Source: the human T2T-CHM13v2.0 reference genome, Homo sapiens. From it: DNA of 64,000 nt. Below are positions 18,387-33,776 of the stretch, one piece after another. Position numbers and translations under genes: made by a program. The stretch lies in the NCBI RefSeq assembly GCF_009914755.1, contig NC_060938.1; one strand, 5' to 3'. The notes below the pieces were generated by a model, which was given only the letters and a program-made list of their open reading frames with translations, was not told the DNA's origin and made no database searches. Within the stretch, counting starts at the first letter, position 1. Each line of letters begins with the position of its first letter.

Positions 18387-18397
18387 AATAAAATAAA
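18387..18397 (+). terminator. Overlapping AATAAA poly(A) signals for the long ZBTB1 isoform (another at 18694-18699)
   Basis: AATAAAATAAA about 1 kb after the stop codon in an AT-rich, repeat-free 3'UTR. Confidence 0.55.
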
Positions 18398-19571
18398 GAG
18401 ATCAATTATAAACCTGGTTGTTCTATAAAAGTAGAGTGCACAAAAAAATGTCTTGTGTTTTATACTGTCTAAGATTTGGAGGAAATGTGGCAAATTGCAG
18501 TTTATCGCCATATTTTATTATCATTTTTTTCTGTAAAAGACTATAAAACTTGAGGATTATAAAATAATCACAGAGTATATCAATGGAAACAGTTTATCAT
18601 TTTTTCAGTTAAAGTAGTAGTATTGTTAGTTGTTGCTGACACAGGGTCTACATAATTACATGTGAATTAAAACATTGGCAAAACTGACCCACCAATAAAC
18701 ACATCTATTGAATAGAATGCCTTTTAATGTGAATTACTTGCAATGTAGTACCCTTTTCATAATGAAAGGGATTTTAATTAACTCCTAATTTTAAAAATAT
18801 AAATTTGTGATTCTGAACACTAATAGCATTGCTCTTTTTGTTCACATCATATTTAAAATATGCAAATCATATTTTGTATACAATTTACATAAAAGAACAA
18901 GTTGCCAAAAGAACTGAGAGACATACTGGTGAGTACAGATTTAGTTGAAAGCATTAGAGCACCATGTGAGCTCAGATTTGTGGGGATATGTTGAAGTGTT
19001 AAGTAAGGATAGGAACAGCACAGGAACCAAGTGCAGAATTCAAATAACGGGAAGTAGGCAGGGGACGGGTAGAATACACACAAAAATTAAAAATTTAACA
19101 GCAAAAGCAGGAAAAGTGATTCATCTTACCCTTACTTAGATACAATAGTTTATCAAGTAATTAAATTTGAAATCCAACTTAAAATGAAATGTGGTATGTA
19201 TATTACTGATAGGAACCAGATAAAAGTTCTCTAACCCAGAGACCATCAGAGAGTGGTATAAAGAGATCAGATAAACCAAGTTTCCAAACTACAGTATATA
19301 GTATCATAATGGACATAATTTATTTGAGATCACTTTTTTCGTGACTCATCAAAATTTTTCTTGCAGTGGCTTTCCCCATTGTTAAAGAATAGGGCTTTTT
19401 CTAAATACTACCACTTTTTGAAGAAACGATTATCTATTCCATTAGGAAGGGGGCTTAATTTAGTCTTTTGATATGTACTAACAGCTAACAATTAGCAAGC
19501 AAATATATAAACTTTACTCTCTAATTTTACATGACTGAGATGTTTATAGTTTTAGAAAGCCATACCTCAAC

Positions 19572-19883
19572 TTATTTTTTATTTTATTTATTTATTTTTC
19601 TTTTTTGAGACGGAGTCTTACTCTTGCCCAGGCTGGAGTGCAGTGGTACAATCTTGGCTCACTGCAACCTCCACCTCCCAGAATCAAGCAGTTGTCTGCC
19701 TCAGCCTCCTCAGTAGCTGGGATTACAGGCGCATGCCACCACGCCCGGCTAATTTTTGTATTTTTAGTGGAGACAGGGTTTCACCGTCTTGGCCAGGCTG
19801 GTGTTGAACTCCTGACCTCGTGATCCACCGGCTTCAGCCTCCCAAAGTGCTGGGATTACAGGCATGAGCCACCGTGCCCGGCC
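19572..19883 (-). mobile_element. Alu (S-type)
   Basis: Antisense dimer; TSD ACCTCAA. Confidence 0.95.
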
Positions 19884-20526
19884 ACCTCAATTTTTTTTTC
19901 TGAGTTTCATGTTACACAGAACATACCTTTTTGTTTTGGAGCTAGCTACAGGGAAGCACAGGCTTCTCTAGAGTGGAATGTACAATTCTTATCAAGGCAA
20001 AAAGTTAAAGACTACTTGCTTTTTAAAATTAGGGAGAATGAAAAATATCCAGCACTTTTCCCCAGCCCAGTTCCCTAATATCTCCTTCCTCTCCTGGGGC
20101 AGAGCTGCAGAGCTGTCATTCCTTGCTGTTGCTTCTTGCCCTCCCTGGGTGTGAAGGTAATGAAACAAGTGTGTTGAAGCTGCCAGATCTTCTGCCTTTG
20201 TAACTTAGGTGTTCAGGTTCCAAATCTAAAAATGAAAGGAGAATCTACACAGATATATAGTGGAATCAAATTCTCTTTCTGTCTCATGAACACCATGAGA
20301 CTCTTTTGCTTTGGCCCTTTTATTCTACACAGCAAGAAAACCCAGAGGAATGGTTAGCAAGCTTGCCATCAACTATAGTACAATACAACTTGCATGTTCT
20401 ACGATTCCTTAGTAAACAGGACTAAGAATCTCAGAAATTAATAGAGCACAACCAAGGCAGCAGTAGATTAGGACTCAGAAATGCGTCTTCATCTCCCCCA
20501 TGTTTTTAAGGTAAAAATATTCAGAG

Positions 20527-20820
20527 GCCAGGTGTGGTGGTTTGCATCTGTAGTTCCGGCTACTCGGGAGGCTGAGGCAAGAGGATTGCTTGAGTCCAGG
20601 AGTTCCAGACCAGCCTGGGCAACATAACAAGACCCTATCTCTAAAAAAAAAATTTGTTTAATTAGCAGGGCATGGTGGCATGCAGCTGTAGTCCCCAGCT
20701 ACTCAGGAGGCTGAGGTGGGAGGATCAATAGAGCCTAGGAGTTCAAGGGAGCAGTGAGCTATGATCATGCCATTACACTCCAGCCTGGGTGACAGAGTGA
20801 GACTCCATCTCTGAAAAAAA
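20527..20820 (+). mobile_element. AluJ-like
   Basis: Dimer with gaggattgcttgag and ctatgatc. Confidence 0.93.
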
Positions 20821-20979
20821 TTAGAAATGACGCACATGGGTTAAATGGTATATGGCAAACTAACAGTTTGAGTATGGACAAAAATTCAATTAGAAGAAAG
20901 GATCCCAGAGGGGCTAATAATTTAAAAAAAAAAAAAGTTTGCTAGAGCAGTCAGGACACTAATTAAAAGGAAAAGTAGA

Positions 20980-21654
<675 letters not shown>

Positions 21655-22479
21655 TTAAAAATAATATGACTATAATTATAGAATGCCTATGGAACAATTT
21701 TATGAACATGCCAAGGATATGCCTAAATAATTGAGATTTTTGTAAGTAATGATGAGAGAGGAAAAAGTAATTGAGATATTATCTTTTATATTCTAAAAAA
21801 AAGTAGGAAGAGAAGCTGGTGGTGGTTGACAACTTTTTCCCTGGTTAAACAATACTCATTTCTCTAAGTCAGTAGTTAAGGAACTTTGTATTTAATAAAT
21901 TTCTGGAAAATCTTCCCCAAAACCAGTTTAGCCATTGTAATATTTAAATTAAACATAAAACTTGTGTCGTTGTTAACAAAAAGCCAAATCACTACCAAAA
22001 GAAAAAAATCTGAGTGTATGTGCACACATGGTTAAGAATAAAGAAATCTGGTATACCTAATTTTAACTGGGTTTTTATCATGAATTAAAAGTTAAAACAT
22101 TTTTCTTTTCTTTTTTTTTTTTTTTTTTTTTGCCATTCATCTATTTTGATCAGTTAGTTCCTCAACTTTCCTTACTACTCCCATCTCCTTTGTAACATAT
22201 ACTTCTCAGTAATAAATGGCCAGTGCTCTCCAGACATCCTAGCATCAACAACTTCTGGGATTGCAGGGTACCAAAAAGCTCTGGGGGAACATACCCTTGT
22301 AGAATCCCTCCCACATCCTTGATAACCTGAGGTGCAGTAAACTGGGGATGATAGGATGAATGCCAGGAAACTAAAACAAGTAGGGTTATATTTGGTGTTA
22401 AGAACTTGAAATTGCATCCCATATTTGGAAACCCATGATCCATCCATCCTAGGGCTCTCACTTAATAACCCCAGCATCC

Positions 22480-22700
22480 ATTTATTTAGCACTCTCTATA
22501 CTCTGCAAAGTGCTCTACATACATAATTTTAATTAATCCCCACAGCCTTATGAGGTAAGTATCATACTAATTTTCCAGATGGGGGACTGAGGTTCAGAGA
22601 GATTATTTTTCCTAAATCACACAGAAACTATGTATCTTAGAACTGGAGTTTGAACCTAGGTTTCTGACTTCTACATTCCTGTACTCCACCTATCAAGAAG
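22480..22700 (-). mobile_element. MIR
   Basis: cagatgggggactgaggttcagagag...ggagtttgaacctagg. Confidence 0.7.
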
Positions 22701-23256
22701 TACAAAGAAGGGCCTTTTCAGCCTAGAAACACATGTGATAAAGCTCCTATGAGATTGTGCTCCTTGTTCATCTGTCATCTGCTGTGCTGGTAAGGTGGCT
22801 AGTAATAGTGGGTACCCAATTAACATGCTGAATAATGTGAAAACGTGAGTGGAAAACAAAACTTTATTTAAATGGTTGATTCAGAATGATGTTTTAGAAA
22901 TAAATATTAAATGCTGTTATGTTTTGATTTTCCTTCATTTAAACTTAAAACAGTTAGTGGTACTGTCAGCCTTTTTGAGGGGCCCATAGTAGGTGGGCTC
23001 AATTAAAAATTAATTTGAATTCAACTTCCACATTTCTATGTCTGTGACCTTTTCTTCCTTTATTTCCCCTATTCCTGTCCTTTATGTTTTAATCTCTCCC
23101 GCCAATCTCCATTTCCTTTTATTGGTTATAAGACTGTTGAGTTGAAGGACTCAAATCATTTGAAAATAAATATTCCCAAGAAAAAGCAGGATAACAGAAT
23201 AACCAGTTTCCTCTTTTTGCCTTAACAGATTATGTGGATAAGAAATTCATCATCTT

Positions 23257-23556
23257 AGCCAGGCACAGTAGCTCATACCCATAATCCCAGCACTTTGAGA
23301 GACTGAGTTGGGAGGATTGCTTGAGCCCAGGAGTTTGAGACTAGCCCTGGCAACACAGCGAAACCCCATCTCTACAAAAATTTAAAAATTAGCCGGGCAT
23401 GGTGGTGCATGCCTGTAGTCCCAGTTACTTGGGAGGCTGTGGTCAGAGAATTGCTTGAGCCTGAGAGGTCAAGGCTGCAGTGAGCCGTGGTTGTGTCACT
23501 GCACTCCAGCCTGGGCAACAGAGCGAGACCCTGTCGCAAAAAATAAAAACAAATAA
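23257..23556 (+). mobile_element. AluJ-like
   Basis: Dimer; TSD AAATTCATCAT. Confidence 0.93.
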
Positions 23557-24084
23557 ATTCATCATATCTTTGACTAATAAACAGAAGAACCCCCTTCCCC
23601 AGTTACCATAGGTGATTGATTTGATTAAGATTTATAGAGCAATCTAAGTTTGCCTAAAAACAAATGTTGGTTAGTCTAGCCACTTATAATTCAATTTCCC
23701 AAAATACCTATGGATTTTTAGGGTAAACTTATAGAGACAGTTTTACTCATAAAACAAATGAAAGATAATTTCAGGAAATGACACATAGCTGCATAACCAC
23801 CCTAACCTAGCAGCAAACTTTAAAAAAGGTTATTTAATGGTTTAAGTGAAACAATCTCCCTCAATCTAATATTATTTTAACTTTATGCGTCTATTACCTT
23901 ATTTCTATACTACTATGTTAAACCTACTACTTTAATGATCTGGCTACCGTCTGCCAAATGTCACTTTTCAAGTGAGAACAGAAGAATGAGATTGTGAAGA
24001 TTCTGTGGACAATGTCTATATAATCATTTAAGTGTTAAATATAAACTAAATGACAATAGCAGCTTGTAAATTAATGCTAATTCT

Positions 24085-24382
<298 letters not shown>

Positions 24383-25627
24383 TAATGTTAATTTTGAACA
24401 AACTTAATATCACTTACATTTATATGCACACAATTGGTTGAATTTAGCATTAAGAAGTTTAAATCTTACTTAAGTTGTTCTCTTATTCAGGAGAACCAAA
24501 TCACTGAAGTCAATTAGTAGTGTCAAAATTGCTCATTCTTTCCATCAAAATCTACCACAGATCACTAAGGGACAGAAAGCCATTATAATTTCTCATTATC
24601 CATCTCAATTGCTGACCAAAAAAGATAGTATGAAGATTACAATTAAATACTTGGCTCTGAACTGAACATATCAATGTACTAATCATTATTGTATTAAGTG
24701 AAAACACAGGAATGTCTAGGGCCAAGGGATGACCAAAATTTAAAAGATTATTTCATATCAGAGTCAGGGATATTAATAATTTTATGTGAGAAAATTTGCA
24801 GTTTGTTTTCTCCTATTTGAGGAAGGAACAGTTAATTATACAGCTTAAAAAGCCCCTACTTACTTAAAAAGTTAACATGTTTTTATTCTCCTTAAACTAA
24901 CTGCTCATATCAAACACAATCAGGAGAGCTCATTTTTAGATGATAGAAACATTAATTCTAAGCATCCAGATTATGAACCATCTTTTTTTTCAAATGCTTA
25001 TGTTTAAAAAATTTTAAAAAAATTAAGGATCTTATTATGAGGGAAAAGCACTGTTGCCAAAAATATAATTTTACTCAGAATCACTAGGGCAGATTAGGAG
25101 GCTTATAAGCCTAGGAATTTGCAGGAAAACCCCTCCTCTTCTTTTGTGCGTGTATGTGTGTGTGCGTGTATGCTTCATTTTCATTTGCAGAGTGGCTGAA
25201 GACAGTAAAAAGAATATGAACTTTAAAAAAATTGTTAGATTTATGTTTCAATCAGAGATTTGTCATTAACAAGTTAAAGTACATTGTAAAATCATTTTAT
25301 TTGAAGGAAAACACTTCTTAACTGCTTCCTTCCTCCCTACTTTCCTCTATTTGTCTGACCCCTATCTTTTTTTATGTTATATATTTATATGTCCTGCTGA
25401 TAGATTAATAAGAACATCTTATATTTGAATGGTACGAGTTACATTCGGGAAATAATTAAATTTAAATTCTAGGGGCTATGCTTGTGTTTCTATTCTCTGT
25501 TCTGTTAACAGTGTGTTGGCCTAGTGCCAAAGCCAAGAAATTCTGATCTAAGAATTATGTTGTATCTTGTAGAGCAGTCAACTTGTAATATTATTTTTCT
25601 TGAGTTTTGTCTTTTTCTGTGTGGCAG

Positions 25628-25664
25628 TGGTGAAATAGGGCCTTCTAAACCTGTGGAGAAGTGA
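25628..25664 (+). CDS. ZBTB1: ZBTB1 alternative last exon, coding part (SGEIGPSKPVEK*), giving a 644-aa isoform
   Basis: Internal donor CAG|GTATGT at 17168/17169 joins acceptor ttttgtctttttctgtgtggcAG (25626-25627) in frame: 632+12=644 aa, the length I recall for the short ZBTB1 isoform. Confidence 0.85.
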
Positions 25665-27426
25665 GAGATCTGAATTTGGAGAGGACATGGGGAAGAATCA
25701 ATCTTCAACAGATAATCTTTAAGTACAGACCCAGGAATATCAGATCTGAAGTGGCACCATCTTTTCTGTCTTCCTGACAAACTTCCATCAACCCAAAAAG
25801 TTCCAGTTGCAAAGATCCAAGAAAACTCAGTAAAGATCACTTTGGAATCACTTTGTTGTAACAAAATTGATTCATGGTGACTCTAATATTTGTGTAAATC
25901 TGCTGAAGAAAAGTAACTAGAAAATTCATACAACATCAGTGGTTACAGCTATACTAAAATAAAACTTTATATGCTAATTATCTTCAAGGGTCTTTCTAAA
26001 ATAAAAGGGGTTGTTAGGCTACTGCAAATATAAAGAGACATAATCACAAATCTATTTATATAGATATAAATAATTCTAAACTTAAAATCACTAGAATTAT
26101 AGCTTAAATATTATGAAATGTACTTAGTCAACTTAAAAACTTACACCAAAAATCTGTAGTTTAGAGTGTAAGAAGTAATGGGTACAGAGAAAAAAAATTT
26201 AAGACCAATATTTTAACAGGATAATTTGGTTATTACTCACTATAGTAAAACACTTGCCCTTCTTCCTTTTCCACTGTATATGCCAGTCACAATCTTGATC
26301 ATTTATATGAATGAAACTCCCTTTTAAACCTGTTAACTTGAAGGAGAACAGAAATGGTATTACTTCAATAGTGGTAGATTTCCACAAATCAGACACATTA
26401 TTTTCTTCTGAACTTGGCAATATAACCTAATAAGGCAGAATAAGTTTCTGTTAAAATACTTATTCTCAATATTTATGTATAAACCATGCTTCTCAGCTTT
26501 CAAATTTCAAGATAAAATTTAAGTATTCAGTAAAATGATGGTTAACATGTTTTAAAAAATCTTTAATGGAGAAGTTAAATATTTGGTGAGATTTTAGTCT
26601 GGCTATAAATGCTTTGTTTGATATATATATGTGCACATATATATATTACTTAACCATATGAATTTTATTTCCTTATTCTGAATATACTTGTAGTTTTACT
26701 TCTTTCTGTTTATGTACCCAATTCCTTATGATTATTTTGTTTCTTCTGCAATATCAAGATGTTATTTATTTTGAGAAATGCTTATTTTTATGACTATTTA
26801 TTCCAATGTTTTAACAAGAAGCACAGAGATTTATAGTATTCTTAATAGTATGTGCAGAAGTTACATCATTTAAAAAACCCTTGCTGTAAAGTAGGATAAC
26901 TTGAATATTCATTCTAATAATTAGACTAAGTGAAAATCTGAGAAAGAGTTAATTGCAATGTGATAGTGGGTAGAAAGGAGAGAAAAACCCACTGAAGGGT
27001 TCAAATACATGTGAATTCTACTGCTTTAAGAGAAATAAAACAAATAAGCCTAGGGAAATATTAGAGTCTAAAAAACCCTAGAGTTAATCTCTTTTGGGAA
27101 CATAAGGAGGTATACAGAACTGCAGACCTCTAAACATAAGTAGGAAAAAGAAAAATAAAAGAATATTACCAATAATTAAAGGTGCCAGATCAAAATAGTA
27201 ATAAATCAACAAATAATTTTTGATTGACTGGTGGAATTAGATTTACTAAATAAAAATGGCTTAAATTTTGACTGTACTAACTATAAATGTAATGAATTAT
27301 AATAATTATAAATGGTATAAATGCATTCTACAATGTGATTATTTTCTGTATTTTAGTATATAGTATAAAATGGAATTATTGGGTTAAAGTACTTTTATTA
27401 CATTTCTTAATCCATTGTTTTTACCT

Positions 27427-27432
27427 AATAAA
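27427..27432 (+). terminator. Poly(A) signal for the ZBTB1 alternative last exon
   Basis: AATAAA followed by U/GU-rich sequence near the end of an Alu-free AT-rich block (24400-27690). Confidence 0.5.
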
Positions 27433-27692
27433 ATTTCCTCCTCTATATTCCAAAGTTAAATTGTCTGTATATTACTTTTATTTATACTGTATTTTTTCCA
27501 ATCTGGCCATTTAAAAAAATTATTAGTTTGAAAATTATTAACTCCTTCCATCCTCTAATACCACAATAATAAAGTATCTGATATAGCTAATTATGATGTT
27601 CTCAGGTAGCTTAAGATGTGCACAAAGAGAATTAGCTAAAATTCTTATTGCCAGATCCTGATTTCTTTCAATATAGAAGAATGATCTGTTAC

Positions 27693-27950
27693 TCAGCCTG
27701 GAAAGTAGTGCCAAGATTATAGCTCACTGTAACCTCAGACTTCTGGGCTCAAGGGATCCTCCCACCTTAGCCACCCTAGTAGCTAGGACTATAGATTCCC
27801 ACCACGATGCCTGCTAATTTTTAAAATTTTTTGTAGAGATGGGGTCTCCCTGTGTTGCCCAGGTTAGTCTTGAACTCCTGGGCTCGAGTGATCCTCCTGC
27901 CTTTGTCTCCCAAGTGCTGGGATTACAGGTATGAGCCACTGCATCTGGCC
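27693..27950 (-). mobile_element. AluJ-like, truncated
   Basis: Antisense Alu body. Confidence 0.88.
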
Positions 27951-29192
27951 TGGATTTCCTTCTTAATACACAAAGAAATAATTATTTATAAATATCCATT
28001 GATAAAGTGTTTAGCTCTTTCAGAGGCTTAATTCATTTTTCAAGTAAACACAATTTACTGTCAGAGAAATAACTACTTTGCCAGTATAATTCATTTTTTT
28101 TTCAGTTTAAGAATTAAATAAGTATTAACAATAATTGCATATTGAATCTGATTCTCCAAGTATAGGACAGCCTCACTTCTTCCAGATTATTTCAATCTAT
28201 TCCACAAGGGTCTATAAGGTTAGCACTAAAAGTTGAAGTAGGTATAATTTGTCTGCTATTGTCATAGATTAACTTCTCTTTTGGAAAAAGCCTTCCAGGT
28301 TCAGGTCTCTTACCCTTCCATACCAGGCATGGAAATGTCTTACCCCAGCCTACTGTGTATCTACAGCTTAAGTGTAACTTCAAGACTGAATTTTTTAAGA
28401 CTCAAAGAAACAAATGGCAAGTTTTTTCCTGTAGTGATAGGTGAAGAAATATTTTAGGACACAGCACTTTGTAAGAATTATAAAATGGCAGTATTTATAG
28501 AGATCTTAAAGATAATCATTAGTTGAATTTCAGTTTGCTCAAGGGCCCTCAAATTAGAGGCTGTTATTCCATCTTTTCTTCAGGCCAACATTATCTCCTT
28601 AAGATAATCTACAACCCTTGTGAAGGTTGTTCCTGGGTAGAGACTGAGAGGATTTTAGGAAAATTCACGAGTTGGGGTTTTTTTCCCTAGTAATTCTGCA
28701 AAAATGTATTATTGCTCAGTCTCCTTAGGGCAGGTCTAACACCCAGGCACATAGTTTTAGGCCGTATCTTATTCACCTTTGTATCTCTAGTACAAATATT
28801 TTCAGATATGAATTTGTTTCAACTTTTGGTCTCTGCAGTGTCATTTAGTACAGAAATATAAGAGGTAGGCAGTGTATCTTCCTACTATAAAGAAAAAAAC
28901 TAAATTTTTTTTTTGTTAAATAATGTGTCTCAGGTCACTTTTAATAAATACTAAGCTAGTGATTTACTACTGCTTTCCAGGCACTCTTCTGGGTGCTAGG
29001 AATTAATTACAGAGGATTTGACATATGTTAAAGCTCTTGTTTTTTCCACCATTTAATCTGTGGAGCCTTAGTCTTTGGATTTTAAAAATACTTTGAAACA
29101 CCCTAGTATTTATAATCTGCCAAAGAGAGAGTTCACTTGTTGAAAATCAGCAATAATTTCTATGTAAGACTAATAGACTTTGTTTCAACTGT

Positions 29193-29857
29193 TGATATGG
29201 TTTGGCTGTGTCCCCACCCAAATCTCACCTTGAATTGTAGCTCCCATAATTCCCATGTGTTGTGGTGAAAGATAATTGAATCATGGGGGCGGTTTCTCCC
29301 ATACTATTCTCGTGGTAGTAAGAGCTGATGGTTTTATAAGGGGAAACCCCTTTTGCTTGGTTCTCATTCTCTCTTGCCTGCTGCCATGTAACTGGTGGTA
29401 GTGAGTAAGATCTGATTTTTTTTTCAGCATCCAAAATCTTTTTATTAAGAGGGTAGGATCCAAGGTTAGTTTTTGTAGCCTCGGCTGGCCTGTCGGCCTC
29501 TGATGCACTCGAACTTCCAGCCCTTGGAGCAGACATAGGGTTTGGTGTGGCTGTGCGGGGTTCCCGGGCCTTGCTGAAATGCTGGTACACCTTTCGGCCC
29601 TTGCAAATACTGGAGAGCAGGACAGTACCGCAGCCCTCGGGGGAGTCCAGGGGCAAGATCTGATGGTTTTATAAGGGGAAACCCCTTTTGCTTGGTTCTC
29701 ATTCTCTCTTGCCTGCCGCCATGTGCCTTTCGCCTTCTGCCGTGATTGTGAGGCCTCCCCAGCCATATGGAAGTGTGAGTCCACTAAACCTTTTTTTCCC
29801 TTATAGATTACCCAGTCTCGGGTGTCTTTATCAGCGGCGTGAAAATGGACTAATGTA
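29193..29857 (+). mobile_element. THE1C-like MaLR solo LTR with an internal ~80-bp duplication and a nested retrocopy
   Basis: Starts TGATATGGTTTGGCTGTGTCCCCACCC, THE1C-type GGTTTTATAAGGGGAAACCCC, ends GGACTAATGTA; 5-bp TSD ACTGT/GCTGT. Confidence 0.92.
29417..29654 (-). pseudogene. 5'-truncated processed pseudogene of ribosomal protein L18
   Basis: Minus strand encodes [13 protein letters not shown]...KVYQHFSKA, then a frameshift, then [19 protein letters not shown]...ASRGYKN*, matching the RPL18 C-terminus; 3'UTR, AATAAA, poly(A) tail and TSD AAGATCTGAT (29407-29416, 29655-29664). Confidence 0.93.
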
Positions 29858-30277
29858 GCTGTTAATAGTCAAGTTCTCAAAATCAATTGTAAAAGCACAG
29901 TAAGGAAACTTAGAAAAATTACTGATAATTCTACCTTCTAGATAACCAATTTTGATGCATTTTAAATCTATATTAGATTATCCTACATATAAGAAGATAC
30001 AAGTTTCATATATTTTATTCACTTAATTATACCAAGAACATTTTTCCGTGTCATTAAAAATCTTGTAAACCATTTTTACGGCTGCGTAAGAATTCATCAT
30101 ATGCATGTACTATAATTTAGGTAATCTCTTATTTTTGGATATTTAAACCATTTCCTTTCTATTATCATTAACATAAATAATACTACCTGCATTTTCTATT
30201 ATTTCCTTAGAATAAATCCCACAATGAGTAATGCTAAATAAAAGGCATGATCATATTTAATGTAAAGAAAAAATATT

Positions 30278-31823
30278 GGCCAGGTGTGGTGGCTCACTAC
30301 TGTAATCCCAGCACTTTGGGAGGCTGAGACTGGTGGAGAGCTTGAGCTAAGGAGTTCGAGACCAGACTGACCAACATGGCAAAACTCCATCTCTACAAAA
30401 ATACAAAAATTAGCCGGGCTTGGTGGTGCATGCCTGTAGTCCTAACTACTCCGGAGGCTGAAGTGGGAGGATCGCTTGTGCAAGCTGTGAGCCTGCCACT
30501 GCATTCCAGCCTGGGTGACACAGCAAGTCCCTGTCTCTTAAAACAAACAAACAAATTTTTAAAAACCCAAAATACAAATACAGTGTCTTTTTTGGGAAAA
30601 GCTTAGGATGCCTCTTAAACTATGGAACATACAAAACACAAGTTAGGGCAGAAAAAAATATACATGGCTAATGAAAATGTGGGTATAATTGCTACTGTGG
30701 TTTCAGAAACCTGTGTTAAAGATGAATGTGGTGGTCAGATTGCAAGATGTGTTTGTAATATCTGGGCACAGAGGTAGCACAGTTATTGTGCAAAAGAAAC
30801 TATTCCTCTGAAGCTCTAATTTTAGTGATTCTATGTGAGAACTCTGGCCTGCTTGCTCTTTTGCAATCTTGGTTTGCTTGAGGTGTGTTGAGGGCTGACT
30901 GAATGCAAGAGATTTAAAGAATTTGTGTTTCTCACATTCTTTGTTTCAGTTGTAGCTGAGACTGTATCTCTAAGTCATATATCATCAGTTCTACAAAGAA
31001 TATGCATTGCTTCCAGCCCACTAATTCCCTTTTCTAAAAAAACAAAGAAAAGAAAAGAAAGAAAGAAAGAAAAAGAAGGAAAGAAAGAAAGAAAGAGAAA
31101 GAAAAGAAAAGAGAGAAGAAAAACTCAGGCCTGTAATCCCAGCACGTTGGGAGGCCAAGATGGGCAGACAATTTGAAGTCAGGGGTTCGAGAACAGCCTG
31201 GCAAACATGGTGAAACCCTGTCTCTACCAAAAATATAAAAATTAGATGGACGTGCTGGTGCACATAAGTAACCCAGCTATCTGGAAGGCTGAGGCACGAC
31301 AATCTCTTGGACCAAGGAGGCAGAGGTTGCAGTGAGCCACTGCACTCCAGCCTGGCGACAGAACAAGACTCTGTCTCAAAAAAAACCAAACAAATACCCC
31401 CCACCCCCAAACTACACAAAAGACAAGAATTTCCAAGAATAAAATCAAGAGATCTGTACTCACAATTTATGACAGTTTCAATTAGAAAAGTCTGGGTTTT
31501 ATCCTTGTTTTCCTAATATTTTCTTTTCTTTTTCTTTTTTTTTTTAGACAGAGTCTTGCTCTGTCGCCCAGGCTGGAGTGCAGTGGCGTGATCTCAGCTC
31601 ACTGCAACCTCTGCCTCCCGGATTCAAGCAATCCTCTGCCTCAGCCTCCCAAGTAGCTGGGATTACAGGCGCCCACCACCAGGCCCGGCTAATTTTTGTA
31701 TTTTTAGTAGAGACAGGGTTTCACCATCTTGGCCAGGCTGGTCTTGAACTTCTGACCTCGTGATCCACGCGCCTCGGCCTCCCAAAGTGCTGGGATTACA
31801 GGCATGAGCCACCGCGTCCAGCC
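30278..31823. mobile_element. Alus at 30278-30555(+), 31125-31395(+, preceded by (GAAA)n 31036-31122) and 31519-31823(-)
   Basis: Recognisable Alu bodies and tails. Confidence 0.92.
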
Positions 31824-32637
31824 TTTCTAATATTTTCTTTAAAACGTCCCCTTTTTCAAAATTTTTTCAAATTCATGGAAAAGAGGATAGGAATTATGGT
31901 TAAAATTAGTACTAACTGATGACATTAACCGATTAATAACCAATTATGTTCTTAAAAACTGGAAATGATATACACCACTAGATAAAATAATCTTAAATGT
32001 TCATTGACTTTATAGAATTCTCTCAACATTACTTTTTGGTCACAGATAACTTCTGGGTTGACAAAAGCTTTTCTCCAGCGCCATTTCATACAGCTTTTAC
32101 ATGGCTGCACATCACTAGCCTGCTTTAAAGGACGGTGCTCCCAGCCCAAAGCCTCAGGAAAAAGACCATGGCTCAAAAAGCTCTGAGATGTATCCTATCC
32201 ACCTGAAGAGCCTATTGCTTGCCTGTATCCCTCCCTTCTAGTGACACTAATCTTCTGTACAGAAATCCTAGTCCAGCAAACATTGCTCTCATCTTCGCCC
32301 ATACACAACCTATGTAAAGAATGGCTTTCCTACTCTTTGCTGGCGAACTTCAGCTCCCGGATTAGGCATGCCACCTCTTCCAGGTAGCTCTCAGCAACAC
32401 ACTTTTCCATCAGCCTGGGTGTGCCCCTCTGTGTTCCCATGGCGCTTTGCTTTCAGCGCTTCTCCCAAATTATGTTTACCTGTTTATTAGACTCTCCACC
32501 TCTGAAGACCAGGCCATTTCATTTGGCTTTTTACTGCCACGTAGTAGGTACCTGTTCAAGCTTGATGGAAGGACTTCCCCAGCCTCCCCACACATATTAT
32601 GTAAAGTGATCGCTGTCTTTGCTTCCTCCTGGAGACC

Positions 32638-32904
32638 ATTTATTTTATTTTTTTGAGACGGAGTCTCGTTCTGTCGCCCAGGCTGGAGTGCAGTGTCGCA
32701 ATCTCGACTGACTGCAACCTCTGCCTCTCGAGTAGCTGGGACTACAGGCGCGCGCCACCACGCCCGGCTAATTTTTGTATTTTTAGTAGAGACGGGGTTT
32801 CACCATGTTGGCCAGGCTGGCCTCGAACTTCTGACAGCAAGTGATCCACCTACCGCGGCCTTTCAAAGTGCTGAAACTACAGGCATGAGCCTCCACACCC
32901 GTCC
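32638..32904 (-). mobile_element. Alu with internal deletion, CpG-rich
   Basis: Antisense dimer missing a segment between GCCTC repeats. Confidence 0.93.
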
Positions 32905-33333
32905 AGGAGCCCATTTATATGGGAGCCTGCTTCTAAAGATTATTACCTGGTGCCAGGGTATTTTCCAGACCTGTCCTCACATTCCTGTTAAACAGGAGGA
33001 AGTGAATCGCGCTCCTTTTCATCTACCTTCTCGGAGGGTTTATGCCTCCAATATTAACCTCAGCACAGCCAAAGAAAATCATTCCATTCCATTGAGCGGA
33101 GTCAGAAACATGACTAGGTCACGATCACAACCCCGTGTGTGCCAGGGTGACCGAGACTGGGTGACTTTATGGTGTTTCAACGTGTGGGTTTTGACTGATT
33201 ATATTATGGGTTTTCCAGTCAAAAACTCAAAGCAGTGGATAAAGCACTTGCGACCTAAAATAAGCAATGGAATGAACAGGAAGGCGAAACCAGAGTTTAA
33301 AGCGGCAGGACAAACAGGAAAAAGGAAGAGTGA

Positions 33334-33776
<443 letters not shown>

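Noticed and set aside
29225-29784. 143-, 167- and 78-aa minus-strand ORFs
   Set aside because: Chimeric translations of THE1C and the frameshifted RPL18 retrocopy; not an intact gene
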